Virus record (IMG/VR): IMGVR_UViG_3300025608_000073
Coordinates: 1-28,121 of that record
Strand: one strand, 5' to 3'
DNA: 28,121 nucleotides
From: a virus
Lineage: Duplodnaviria > Caudoviricetes
How positions within the stretch are numbered: the first letter of the stretch is position 1; every line of letters begins with the position of its first letter. This document shows positions 16,234 through 23,956 of this stretch, in pieces. Under the pieces are notes generated by a model. It was not told the origin of the DNA. It made no database searches and saw only the letters and a program-made list of their open reading frames with translations. A program made the translations under genes and the position numbers.

Positions 16234-16836
16234 TTAAGATTTCCCCATAAGAGAATCTAGGCGACCGTCGTTACGGGCTCTTAAAATCTCGTCTGGGGTC
16301 ATTCCGTTTAACTCGTCTCGCGAGCGAATCTGTGCGAGCGAATTCTTGTTACCTCGGGCACCTTGCCCCAAGTCTGGTTTAGGCGCGTCGAGGTTTGTGC
16401 TGTGAGCCTCCACCCACGTCGCAATAGCCTCGCTGTCAATGTCGCCAGAGTCGTCGATAAACGCGGTCTTATCGAACGCCAGGATCGAGTCGCCCTCAAG
16501 CGCCCTACCCTTAAGCGAACTTTTAAGCTCTGCCTCTACCAATTTCTCTGCGAACTCCAACCTGACCGCCTGCCTAGTATCCTCTTTAGCCTGCTCCACG
16601 GCACGCTCTTGCTCGCTTAGCTGTGACTGGCGAATAGCCTCAAGCTCAGTATTAGCCTGGTCGAACTGTTCGCGTTTACGGTTAAGCTCTTTGAGCTCTG
16701 CGCGTTGCTTATGCAGAGTTTTTACTAGGGGGTGGTCTTGCGGATACTCCTCTAGGTTAACGTCTGTGCTGGCTGTCTCAGCCTCTACAACGTCGCCCTC
16801 GGGTTTATTTTCTATTGTAGTTTCGTCTTGCGACAT
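16234..16836 (-). CDS. Capsid scaffolding protein, 200 aa
   Basis: Acidic N-terminus, coiled coil with LSEQERA, D...F.D..G..D motif and C-terminal GRLD.L; ATG at 16836 with GAAAGG RBS. Confidence 0.85.
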   Translation of the reverse strand: MSQDETTIENKPEGDVVEAETASTDVNLEEYPQDHPLVKTLHKQRAELKELNRKREQFDQANTELEAIRQSQLSEQERAVEQAKEDTRQAVRLEFAEKLVEAELKSSLKGRALEGDSILAFDKTAFIDDSGDIDSEAIATWVEAHSTNLDAPKPDLGQGARGNKNSLAQIRSRDELNGMTPDEILRARNDGRLDSLMGKS

Positions 16837-16842
16837 AGGGGT

Positions 16843-16882
16843 TACCTTTCCGTCTCGGAATAGATAGGACTCGTCTCGAGTC
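16843..16882 (-). promoter_or_regulatory. Tandem GAGAC-loop hairpins over the scaffold RBS
   Basis: GACTC-GAGAC-GAGTC and TATCT-A-TTCC-GAGAC-GGAA-AGGTA. Confidence 0.7.
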
Positions 16883-16907
16883 ATAACCGACCAGGGTGGC
16901 CGGAAAA

Positions 16908-17756
16908 TTAAATATCGTTAGGCCCAGTAAAAGCCTGGTCGCGCCAGGTCAAAGTGGGCCCATACTCGCCGTGCTGTCGCGTAGCGATAATCTCGGTAAA
17001 GTCTGCCAAACGCACGTCGTCGTCGTACTGCACAAACTTGCCTATAGCGGCGTCGCGTGCCTCTCGGTCTGATACGCCGAGCTGGCTTTGTAAAGCCTCG
17101 TGGATACTGTCTAGACCGCCCTGGTCGATAACCTGCCCAGGGTCAAAGTCGCCGTATATAGCCTCCTCGCCACAATCACAACCAGGGTGTATCGGCTTTA
17201 GGTTGTCGCGGGTGTACCTCTGGGTCGAAGCGATAGCGCACAGAGCGCAGTTTTCCGAGCCAGTCAACACACGACGGTAACCGACAATATTGCTATTACC
17301 TTGCCGTTGCTTTAAACCAGCCTGTCGGCTAGCAAGTTGTACGTTAGTTTCTGCGATCGACGACGCTCTAGCCGCGCCCTGCTCAATAGCGGTAGTAAAA
17401 AGAGTATTAGCAGACAAAGCCGTATAAACCTGCACAAACGGGCGACGGTACACCTCTTGAGCGCTAGGCCCGTTACGCAATACCTCATCGGTTAAATCAC
17501 TGGGTCTAGTTGGCTCTGGGGTGAAAGACTCACCGTTAGCCTTAGCCACTTGTTGGTAATAAGCGGCCTGCAAGTTAGCCGCTTGTTGCTTAAACCCGTC
17601 GATCTGCGGACCAACAACACTTATATAGCGCTCTAAATCGTCATCGCGCCACGAGCCAAGCTGTCTAAAAGCATTACCGGCAAGAGCGCCCGCACCCCTA
17701 ACCAACCTAGTATTAAGTCGGTTATAGCCGTCTCTAACCTCGGCTAACGTAACCAT
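16908..17756 (-). CDS. MuF-like minor capsid/capsid maturation protein
   Basis: Between portal and scaffold; GYRRV.....C.LC...S...H..CDC motif. Confidence 0.8.
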   Translation of the reverse strand: MVTLAEVRDGYNRLNTRLVRGAGALAGNAFRQLGSWRDDDLERYISVVGPQIDGFKQQAANLQAAYYQQVAKANGESFTPEPTRPSDLTDEVLRNGPSAQEVYRRPFVQVYTALSANTLFTTAIEQGAARASSIAETNVQLASRQAGLKQRQGNSNIVGYRRVLTGSENCALCAIASTQRYTRDNLKPIHPGCDCGEEAIYGDFDPGQVIDQGGLDSIHEALQSQLGVSDREARDAAIGKFVQYDDDVRLADFTEIIATRQHGEYGPTLTWRDQAFTGPNDI

Positions 17757-19096
17757 TACGCCTCAATAGTTGGCGGTGGTGTCTCGTCTGGTGTCCCCAA
17801 CAATGCCTCGGTAAGCAACGTCTCGCCGGCCCGTTGCACTTCCATTTCGTCAATTTCCGCCGGGGAGAACTGACCAATAAGAGACATACGCGACCTAAAC
17901 GGAATATCTTGAAACTTGCTATTAGCGTCGGCACGCTCGGCCATACTGTAACGCTCGGCGGGTTTCCACAACGGCTCAAGGTCGAGCAACGTAGCGCGGA
18001 CGTCATCGCCCAGCCACCTAAAGACAAGCGACATAACGCGAGACCAGCCAGGGCTAACCCGTGCAATACGGTCCTCGGTCTTAAACACCAGACCCTCACG
18101 TGCCAACTGTGCGCCCTCTGCGGACCCGTTAGCGCCCTCGGGGGTAAAGTAGTGCATAGGGGTACGGGTGACAGCCGCAAAGTCCTGTATATCGGCTCGT
18201 ACGGCGTTTAGGATACCCGTAATCTCAGCCTGCCCCAGCTCGGTAACATCGGCACCCTCGGGAATCATCCACAAAGAGCCAGCCGACGACTCGAAAATAC
18301 CCGAGTAGTCGATCTCGTTACCGTCGCTGTCGTGCGTCGGAAAATCACCCTTTAGGACGCGTTGCCTAAACGCCTGCGTTGTCGCAATAACCAAACGTTG
18401 CAAAATCATATGGTTAACACGGTCGATAATGTCCAGGTAAGGCTCGTACTCGCCCTTTTCGTCCGCGTTAGCGAACTTCACCACGGGCACCTCGCCCAAC
18501 GGGTTAGCCATCTCCTCTACGAGCTGGTACTTGTCGGGGTCGTAAATATTGTCTTGCCCAGACTTTACAAACACCTCGACCGAGTCGGGGCCATACCAGT
18601 AGAGGTAATGCTCGCCGCCCTCGTTAAAAACCTTGATAGCCTCAATAACCTTAAACGGCTCTGTAGGCGACGTACGGCCGTAAACCTGCCTGGGGTCCTC
18701 CACGGTCACTACGGGGTATTCTGAGCCCGCAGGATAGCCCACAAGGGCGTACGCGGTACCAAAACGCAGTAGGTACGAGTGCAAGTCGGCAGCGCCAAAG
18801 TCCAGATTACTAGCTTTCCACAAACGGCGAGCCTCACGGTCCCCGTTTTCGTCATCATCGGCACCAGTACGGAAACCGCCGATAACCATACGCTCACGTA
18901 CGGCAGAAACCGACAACTGGGCCAGGTTTAGACGTGCTTTACGCTGAAACCGTCGGTAAGCGCGACTCTGACCGTCCGCACTCTCGGGTAGCGGCGCGTC
19001 ACCATCGTAATAACGCTCGAGTAGGTTGTAGTGCGCTTGCTTACGAGCCAAAGCCTTAAGTAAACCTTGTTGTGTGCTAGAGAGCTGTGTAGCCAT
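17756..19096 (-). CDS. Portal protein (SPP1 gp6-like)
   Basis: L..YY.G..P.P, N.A.L.V....ER, NPLGEVPVV.F.N...GE.E......D.N motifs; follows TerL. Confidence 0.93.
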   Translation of the reverse strand: MATQLSSTQQGLLKALARKQAHYNLLERYYDGDAPLPESADGQSRAYRRFQRKARLNLAQLSVSAVRERMVIGGFRTGADDDENGDREARRLWKASNLDFGAADLHSYLLRFGTAYALVGYPAGSEYPVVTVEDPRQVYGRTSPTEPFKVIEAIKVFNEGGEHYLYWYGPDSVEVFVKSGQDNIYDPDKYQLVEEMANPLGEVPVVKFANADEKGEYEPYLDIIDRVNHMILQRLVIATTQAFRQRVLKGDFPTHDSDGNEIDYSGIFESSAGSLWMIPEGADVTELGQAEITGILNAVRADIQDFAAVTRTPMHYFTPEGANGSAEGAQLAREGLVFKTEDRIARVSPGWSRVMSLVFRWLGDDVRATLLDLEPLWKPAERYSMAERADANSKFQDIPFRSRMSLIGQFSPAEIDEMEVQRAGETLLTEALLGTPDETPPPTIEA

Positions 19097-19108
19097 ATAA
19101 AGAATGTC

Positions 19109-20770
19109 CTAACGTATGCGACGCGGGATAAAAGTGGATCGTGTGGCCTCACCTTTCGAGAGGGCTACAAGCCGTGCCTGGTAAGCCAACAAAGCACTAA
19201 CGGCCGCGTCGATTTTGTCCCTACTTTCGGGGTGGGACTTTGCAATAGTTATACCCGAGCGCCCAATACGGCGACGAGCATTTAAAACGTGACGAGTCAA
19301 AGCTAAAGAGCCGTCGTGTGTTAGCTCTTTATCCAAAATAGCGGTACTAAACTGTTCCACCGCTCTAACGACAAGGTAAGACCTGTTACCAGTCATCCAC
19401 CACGCTATCGGGTTGGACTGGCTAGCCTTAGCTTTAAGTTTCTTACCGTATGCGGCCTCCCACTTAGCTATATAGCTCTCCCAGCGGGCGGGGTCCGCGA
19501 ACATACCTACAACGTTGTAAGTCTCAAAAGCTTTAGCCACCTCATAGTCGACCTCGTCGACAGGTACAGCCCAGTCGTCACCCGACGGGCCGTTAGGTTG
19601 CTCCCACACTTTAATCTCGAACAGGTGCCCATCGGAAACACGGCAACCAATAAGAGCGGTGGCGTCTGTGACACCTCGAGCACGTTTACGCGAACCGTCA
19701 AAACCTAAAGTAACGTCCTCACCAGGTTTAACCGGTTTGTCAACATAGCAAGCGTTCCACTCGGGCGCTGTAACCCAGGCGTCGCGTGCACTCGTAGGCT
19801 GATTAAAGTAGTACCGGCGCGAGTCCGACGGGTCGTTACGCGGATCGTAAAACTCTGACAGGATACGGTCAACATCCATAATTTCAGCGAACGGCCCGTA
19901 AGCCTCAGCGATACCAGCGCGTACCTGGTCCTCGTCTGTTAAATCTATGTCCGCGTCTGCCTCGCGGTGGTCAAAGAGTAACCGTTGCCTTTTGGTCTTA
20001 CCCTCGTTTATGAGCTTTGCCAGCTCGTGGGTCTCCTCAGCTACCGACTTCTCGCCAGGCAGATACATAGTAGACGTCTCGAGAGACCACGGCTCAGCGA
20101 TTTTACGTTTTGCGAGGTTACGCCTGACCGTCTGGTACATACGCTTAAGCTCGGGACGGTTATACAAGTGGGTCTCGTCAAAGACCACCATAGTCTCTTT
20201 GCCACCGTCTTTAGAGCTATTGCTCGCAGTCGACGGCACAATTTCGCCACCACCGGGCAAGAAAATACGGGTTAAACCAGCCGCGTCGCGCGGCAACCCC
20301 TCACTTAGAACACCCTCAGTGAGATTAAAATAAACGTTGTCGTACGTGTTGCCAGCCTGCCCCTCCTCTGTCGCCAAACAGCGGATAACAGGGGCGGTGA
20401 CCTCCACACCTACCGGCTCACCCGCCGCATACGTGTAAACAAGCCCGTTACGCTCGTACGTCTCCCCGCCCCTAGCGTAATGGCTAAACCGTGCCGGCCC
20501 CATCGCCTCGAACAGCACAATAAAACCGGCGAGCTCAGACTTAGCGCGACCCTTAGCCCTCGACATAAAAGCCGAGTCGTACAGGCGTCGACCGTCACCG
20601 TCCAAAGCGTAAACATCCACCACAAACGCGGTAAACTCGTCATCGAGCGCGACAGGTTGCCCCTGCACATCGCCAGGGCCGTGGACACAAAAAGTCTCTA
20701 TCCACCACACCGCAACCCAACCCAAAGAGCGGTTACGATCGTGCGAGTCGGCCCTAATCAGTTCACGCAT
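19109..20770 (-). CDS. terL: Terminase large subunit
   Basis: Walker A-like RAKGRAKS, Walker B VVFDETH, nuclease LGFDGS...DATAL and KIDAA motifs. Confidence 0.96.
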   Translation of the reverse strand: MRELIRADSHDRNRSLGWVAVWWIETFCVHGPGDVQGQPVALDDEFTAFVVDVYALDGDGRRLYDSAFMSRAKGRAKSELAGFIVLFEAMGPARFSHYARGGETYERNGLVYTYAAGEPVGVEVTAPVIRCLATEEGQAGNTYDNVYFNLTEGVLSEGLPRDAAGLTRIFLPGGGEIVPSTASNSSKDGGKETMVVFDETHLYNRPELKRMYQTVRRNLAKRKIAEPWSLETSTMYLPGEKSVAEETHELAKLINEGKTKRQRLLFDHREADADIDLTDEDQVRAGIAEAYGPFAEIMDVDRILSEFYDPRNDPSDSRRYYFNQPTSARDAWVTAPEWNACYVDKPVKPGEDVTLGFDGSRKRARGVTDATALIGCRVSDGHLFEIKVWEQPNGPSGDDWAVPVDEVDYEVAKAFETYNVVGMFADPARWESYIAKWEAAYGKKLKAKASQSNPIAWWMTGNRSYLVVRAVEQFSTAILDKELTHDGSLALTRHVLNARRRIGRSGITIAKSHPESRDKIDAAVSALLAYQARLVALSKGEATRSTFIPRRIR

Positions 20771-21221
20771 TTAAGAGCCGTGCCCTGCGGTCGTCGAGCT
20801 CGTCGACAGGCGCAAGAGTAACCGACTCAGCCTCGGGCTCCACGTAACGTATCCGCAAGTCTCTACGAGCGTCTACAGTAGTCCCGATAATTTTCTCGCG
20901 CTGCCTAAGCTCAGACATAGCCGATACAACACCGGTAACAGCCTGGGCGTGGATAAGCGCAGTGTCTAAGCAAAAAGCCCAATCGCTAGGCGACCATAAG
21001 ACACAGTGCGGCATAGTAGTGACCGACTCATACCACGTAACCGTCTGCTCAGGCATAGGGAAAATAGTAGACTCGCCGGCCTTGTTTATAATCTCTCGCA
21101 CCTCGGGTAAAGCCGGTTTCTCACCGGAATAAGGCACGTTAACTACATCCGTCCAGTCAACCGTAGGCTTATGCCTCGTAACTGTCGGACGATCACTGGG
21201 TTTACGTCCAGCCATAACCAT
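20763..21221 (-). CDS. terS: Terminase small subunit
   Basis: Overlaps the TerL start; W......PH...W...DW....DTA..H...ELR.RE...G.T...R..LRI motif of actinophage TerS. Confidence 0.85.
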   Translation of the reverse strand: MVMAGRKPSDRPTVTRHKPTVDWTDVVNVPYSGEKPALPEVREIINKAGESTIFPMPEQTVTWYESVTTMPHCVLWSPSDWAFCLDTALIHAQAVTGVVSAMSELRQREKIIGTTVDARRDLRIRYVEPEAESVTLAPVDELDDRRARLLNA

Positions 21222-21224
21222 AGT

Positions 21225-21261
21225 GTTACCTCGTCTCGAGAATAACGGCGTATCTCACGCC
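21225..21261 (-). promoter_or_regulatory. Tandem GAGAY-loop hairpins over the TerS RBS
   Basis: GGCGT-GAGAT-ACGCC and GTTAT-T-CTC-GAGAC-GAG-GTAAC. Confidence 0.68.
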
Positions 21262-21869
21262 TAGCGTTGCAAAGCCCAATCTAAATACAAAACGTCGAGC
21301 TTGCTCTTACGGTACGGCTTGCCAGTTACCGTAATAAACCTACCGGCGGGATAAACCTCGACCTTGAGACTACCCGCCTTAAACCTGTAACCCTTAGCGA
21401 GGTCACCATAACCCCACACGTGCAACCCGCGACCCGACGGCGAAAACTCGCTATACGTCTCACCGAGACCCTCGACAAACTTAGCCGCCTCAGCGTCAAC
21501 AACACCGCCAGTAACACAGTCGTCTAAATCGACACACACAATACCGTCGCCATTTAGCACAAACCCGTAACCGTCGCCCTTGTCACAATTAGCAACCTCA
21601 GCGTAACTAGCCCACGAGTGCTCATCGTGCACCGAGACACCCCACCCGCCAATCGCGATCGGTCGTTTCGCTCGGTGTCGAACCCAGCGAGACCGCGACC
21701 GCAACTCGGCCGGTATCGGGTTGGCCCTAGCCTGCGCCTCAGCGACATAAGCCGGCGACCGTCTACGATCCCTGTGCGCCTTCACCCTGCACCCGCTACC
21801 ACAATACTGCGGCTTGCGGCCACGCTTAGGCTGCACTAAATCCATTCCACACACACGGCAAAAAGTCAT
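21261..21869 (-). CDS. Zn-finger plus AEP primase/polymerase (NrS-1-like Prim-Pol domain), 202 aa
   Basis: CxxC...YCxxxC finger, then IP.EL....RWV, G.GFVL...VCVDLDDC (DxD), E.SPSG.GLH and VEVY...RFITVTG AEP motifs. Confidence 0.88.
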   Translation of the reverse strand: MTFCRVCGMDLVQPKRGRKPQYCGSGCRVKAHRDRRRSPAYVAEAQARANPIPAELRSRSRWVRHRAKRPIAIGGWGVSVHDEHSWASYAEVANCDKGDGYGFVLNGDGIVCVDLDDCVTGGVVDAEAAKFVEGLGETYSEFSPSGRGLHVWGYGDLAKGYRFKAGSLKVEVYPAGRFITVTGKPYRKSKLDVLYLDWALQR

Positions 21870-21875
21870 AACCAG

Positions 21876-21904
21876 ACTCTACCAGGTGTAACGATAAGCG
21901 GCAA
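21876..21904 (-). promoter_or_regulatory. Leaderless sigma-A promoter for the Zn-finger-AEP gene
   Basis: TTGCCG-N17-TAGAGT-N6-ATG; no Shine-Dalgarno sequence. Confidence 0.65.
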
Positions 21905-22019
21905 AAACCCGTTTACCGCCTGTCTAAGCCCTCGAGCCCCACGGATACCAACCCACCCAGGTCGATTAGCGTACGCCCGTTAGATAGGCGCACAAAGCCT
22001 TACAGGGGGTAAAAGCTGG

Positions 22020-22093
22020 CGTATTGCACGTACAGCGAACTACAGCACCTCTCCGCCTGCCCCTATGGGGGGGGAGGGGGTGGGTCCCCCTAC
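22020..22093. other. Putative cos/packaging region
   Basis: Longest non-coding gap, directly after the packaging-type HNH gene and upstream of the terminase; contains G/C homopolymer runs. Confidence 0.5.
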
Positions 22094-22399
22094 CTAGATT
22101 AAACCTGGATGGGTACCCTTAGGTCGTGTCTCGGTTATTACTGGCTTACGGGCTCTTGCCTCTGCTGCCTCTTGCGCTGTCTTACGCTTATGGTGCCAGG
22201 GGCACAATAGTCTTAGGTTATTTAGGTCGTGGTTTCCGCCGGCCGCCAGGTTTACTATATGGTCCACGTCCGTACCTTTGTGCGTACAGCCGTCCTCGTG
22301 TTGACATATCCCTACGGCTCTCTGTATGACTAGGGCACGGGTCTGTTTCCAGCCTGGGGGGTCTTTAGGTCTCTTGCTCGAGTCCCAGTTATGTGCCAT
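22094..22399 (-). CDS. HNH endonuclease (terminase-associated, HK97 gp74-like)
   Basis: W...R..V..R....C...C.....VDHI......H...NL..LC..HH..KT. Confidence 0.92.
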   Translation of the reverse strand: MAHNWDSSKRPKDPPGWKQTRALVIQRAVGICQHEDGCTHKGTDVDHIVNLAAGGNHDLNNLRLLCPWHHKRKTAQEAAEARARKPVITETRPKGTHPGLI

Positions 22400-22413
22400 A
22401 GGGGGTGTCGTGT

Positions 22414-22731
22414 TTACTCGTTAGGTAGGCGTACCGAGTTGGCCCAACGTTGCCCAGGGTCTCCACCCCAGGCGTCCCACGCTACACGGCCAGGGCTCGG
22501 GTAACCATCCTCGCCACGGTAGAAACCCTCGGCGTCTTTGTTACCTGCCTGCCTAGCAAAGAATGACCGCATACGTGCGATCGTGTCCTCTGATACGTCA
22601 CGGCCGTTAGCGAGTTGCACGGCACGGGCTCTACCTACATCGGTAAAACCTGAGCCGGCGTATCCTTCAGCTAACCAGATTAGAGCTCTTTTGGCGGCGT
22701 CTTGTACGTCTTGTGGTGGGGTGTAGGGCAT
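22414..22731 (-). CDS. Conserved phage hypothetical protein, 105 aa (PSPGRVAWDAWGGD motif)
   Basis: TAATG start; well-formed globular sequence with G..RA.QLA...TI.RM.SFFAR...AW..WGG..G..W. Confidence 0.82.
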   Translation of the reverse strand: MPYTPPQDVQDAAKRALIWLAEGYAGSGFTDVGRARAVQLANGRDVSEDTIARMRSFFARQAGNKDAEGFYRGEDGYPSPGRVAWDAWGGDPGQRWANSVRLPNE

Positions 22732-22844
22732 TAGCTACAGTCGTCTAACGTTTGGTCCCACGTGCAATAGCCCGTACAACAGCAACGCTCACCGCATACA
22801 CAAAGATTAGAGACGTTATCCCCAGTGGTACAGCAATCAGCCAT
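22731..22844 (-). CDS. Possible overlapping 37-aa Cys-rich peptide (9 Cys)
   Basis: GGGAG RBS; TAATG-coupled to the next gene; may be a frame shadow of the membrane peptide. Confidence 0.35.
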   Translation of the reverse strand: MADCCTTGDNVSNLCVCGERCCCTGYCTWDQTLDDCS

Positions 22845-22867
22845 CCGATAATCTCCCACGCGCTCAT
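22745..22867 (-). CDS. 40-aa single-pass membrane peptide (MSAWEIIGWLIAVPLG...)
   Basis: ATG abuts the upstream TAA; GGGGAGG RBS; hydrophobic helix with a basic tail. Confidence 0.65.
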   Translation of the reverse strand: MSAWEIIGWLIAVPLGITSLIFVYAVSVAVVRAIARGTKR

Positions 22868-23101
22868 TTAGTAGACCTCCCCGTATGCGGACTTGCCCCA
22901 CTCGAGTAACCCTGTTACCGCATATAGTGGGGTTGTGACTGAGCGGTACACGCCAATATCTGCCGTCTCGCCGTCGTCATCCATAGTACCAGCCGAGGCC
23001 ACGATAACCCAGTCGCGGACAAAGTCTACGGGGTCTAGAGCCTCGTCTATTACGTGCTCTGTTATTGCCCGTGCGAGCTCGTCGTACGTCTCAGCGGACA
23101 T
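22868..23101 (-). CDS. Hypothetical acidic protein, 77 aa
   Basis: GAAAGG RBS; L..AI..H...V.DWV.V...P.Y...GLL pattern seen in small actinophage late genes. Confidence 0.8.
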   Translation of the reverse strand: MSAETYDELARAITEHVIDEALDPVDFVRDWVIVASAGTMDDDGETADIGVYRSVTTPLYAVTGLLEWGKSAYGEVY

Positions 23102-23120
23102 AATAAAAACCTTTCGATAA

Positions 23121-23202
23121 CTCGGCTTAGTCTCTGTTCCATTGGCTTACGCCTCGACCGCCATAAGGTAGTCGTATATTTACAGTGTGGACTATTGCCG
23201 AG
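23121..23202 (-). ncRNA. Candidate structured RNA (multi-stem junction)
   Basis: Nested pairings CTCGGC/GCCGAG, TAGTC/GACTA and CTGT/ACAG enclose the hairpins CGACTACC-TTAT-GGCGGTCG and GGC-GTAA-GCC; intergenic. Confidence 0.5.
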
Positions 23203-23218
23203 ACTGTCTAAGGTAATT

Positions 23219-23956
23219 CTATATATGACGGTACTGGTTTGTGCGAGTCGAGGACTTGCTACGCTGCCATTTTTTGCACGACTGGCACTGGTACCGCGGG
23301 TAACTGCCGGTTGACGTGTAAGACCGACCCCTTACTGTGAGGTGTTCCGATCCGCACACAATACAAGACTCGGGTTTTCCGTTGTATATGGCGGCGTTAG
23401 GGTGCTGGTTATCCATCCACGGCTTAAACTTTTCGTACAAGTCAACCAAGAGGTTTACGTCTTGTATCTGGTACTTTTTCATCTCGGCCCAAGCTTTTTT
23501 ATTGCCAGCCATACACTCGGTCCAAAGCGGAAAGCCAGAGTGTTTTACCTTTTCCCCTACGCCTAGCGCTTTAGCGACGTAGTCAAGTTTGTTACTTGGG
23601 AACCTAAAGTTTTTTTTATTGGTAGCCATTAGGTCTAAATCTTTAGTGGGAGAAGGTGGCTGTAAACCGTTTTCGATAAACTCTCTGTTTATGTGTTTGT
23701 GGTCGAAGGCTCTAGAGTTCCAACCGGAAATATAGTCTGCCTCATCCATAAGCCTGTGTAGCTCTTTTAGCATTGCCTCTTTGCCATCGTGGTGGATAGA
23801 CTTAAATATAACCTTTTTAGAATCAGACCAGCGAGCGCCAAAACACATCACCTCGGTTGGCTTTACAATCTGCGCCAAAGAAATATTCTGATTCAACAAA
23901 CCCCAAACCCAAACCAGATTAGGGGTAGTCTCTAGGTCAAAAAAGAGTATACGCAT
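23219..23956 (-). CDS. RNase H-fold DEDD 3'-5' exonuclease (DnaQ/YprB-like) with C-terminal Zn ribbon
   Basis: FFDLET, WN...FD, D.DL, SNKLDY and Y..QDV motifs; CxxC...CxxC tail. Confidence 0.9.
   Translation of the reverse strand: MRILFFDLETTPNLVWVWGLLNQNISLAQIVKPTEVMCFGARWSDSKKVIFKSIHHDGKEAMLKELHRLMDEADYISGWNSRAFDHKHINREFIENGLQPPSPTKDLDLMATNKKNFRFPSNKLDYVAKALGVGEKVKHSGFPLWTECMAGNKKAWAEMKKYQIQDVNLLVDLYEKFKPWMDNQHPNAAIYNGKPESCIVCGSEHLTVRGRSYTSTGSYPRYQCQSCKKWQRSKSSTRTNQYRHI

Noticed and set aside
16662-16674. CGAAC-T-GTTCG, and GAAC-C-GTTC near 25367, as further SOS boxes
   Set aside because: The spacer is 1 nt rather than 4, and both lie mid-gene.
22000-22014. 15-bp inverted match (TTACAGGGGGTAAAA) to 393-407
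   Set aside because: One such match is roughly expected by chance in 28 kb, and the other copy is an RBS and coding end.
23102-23218. Possible tRNA in the intergenic gap
   Set aside because: No T-loop GTTCRA, no cloverleaf and no CCA end; kept only as an unknown structured RNA.
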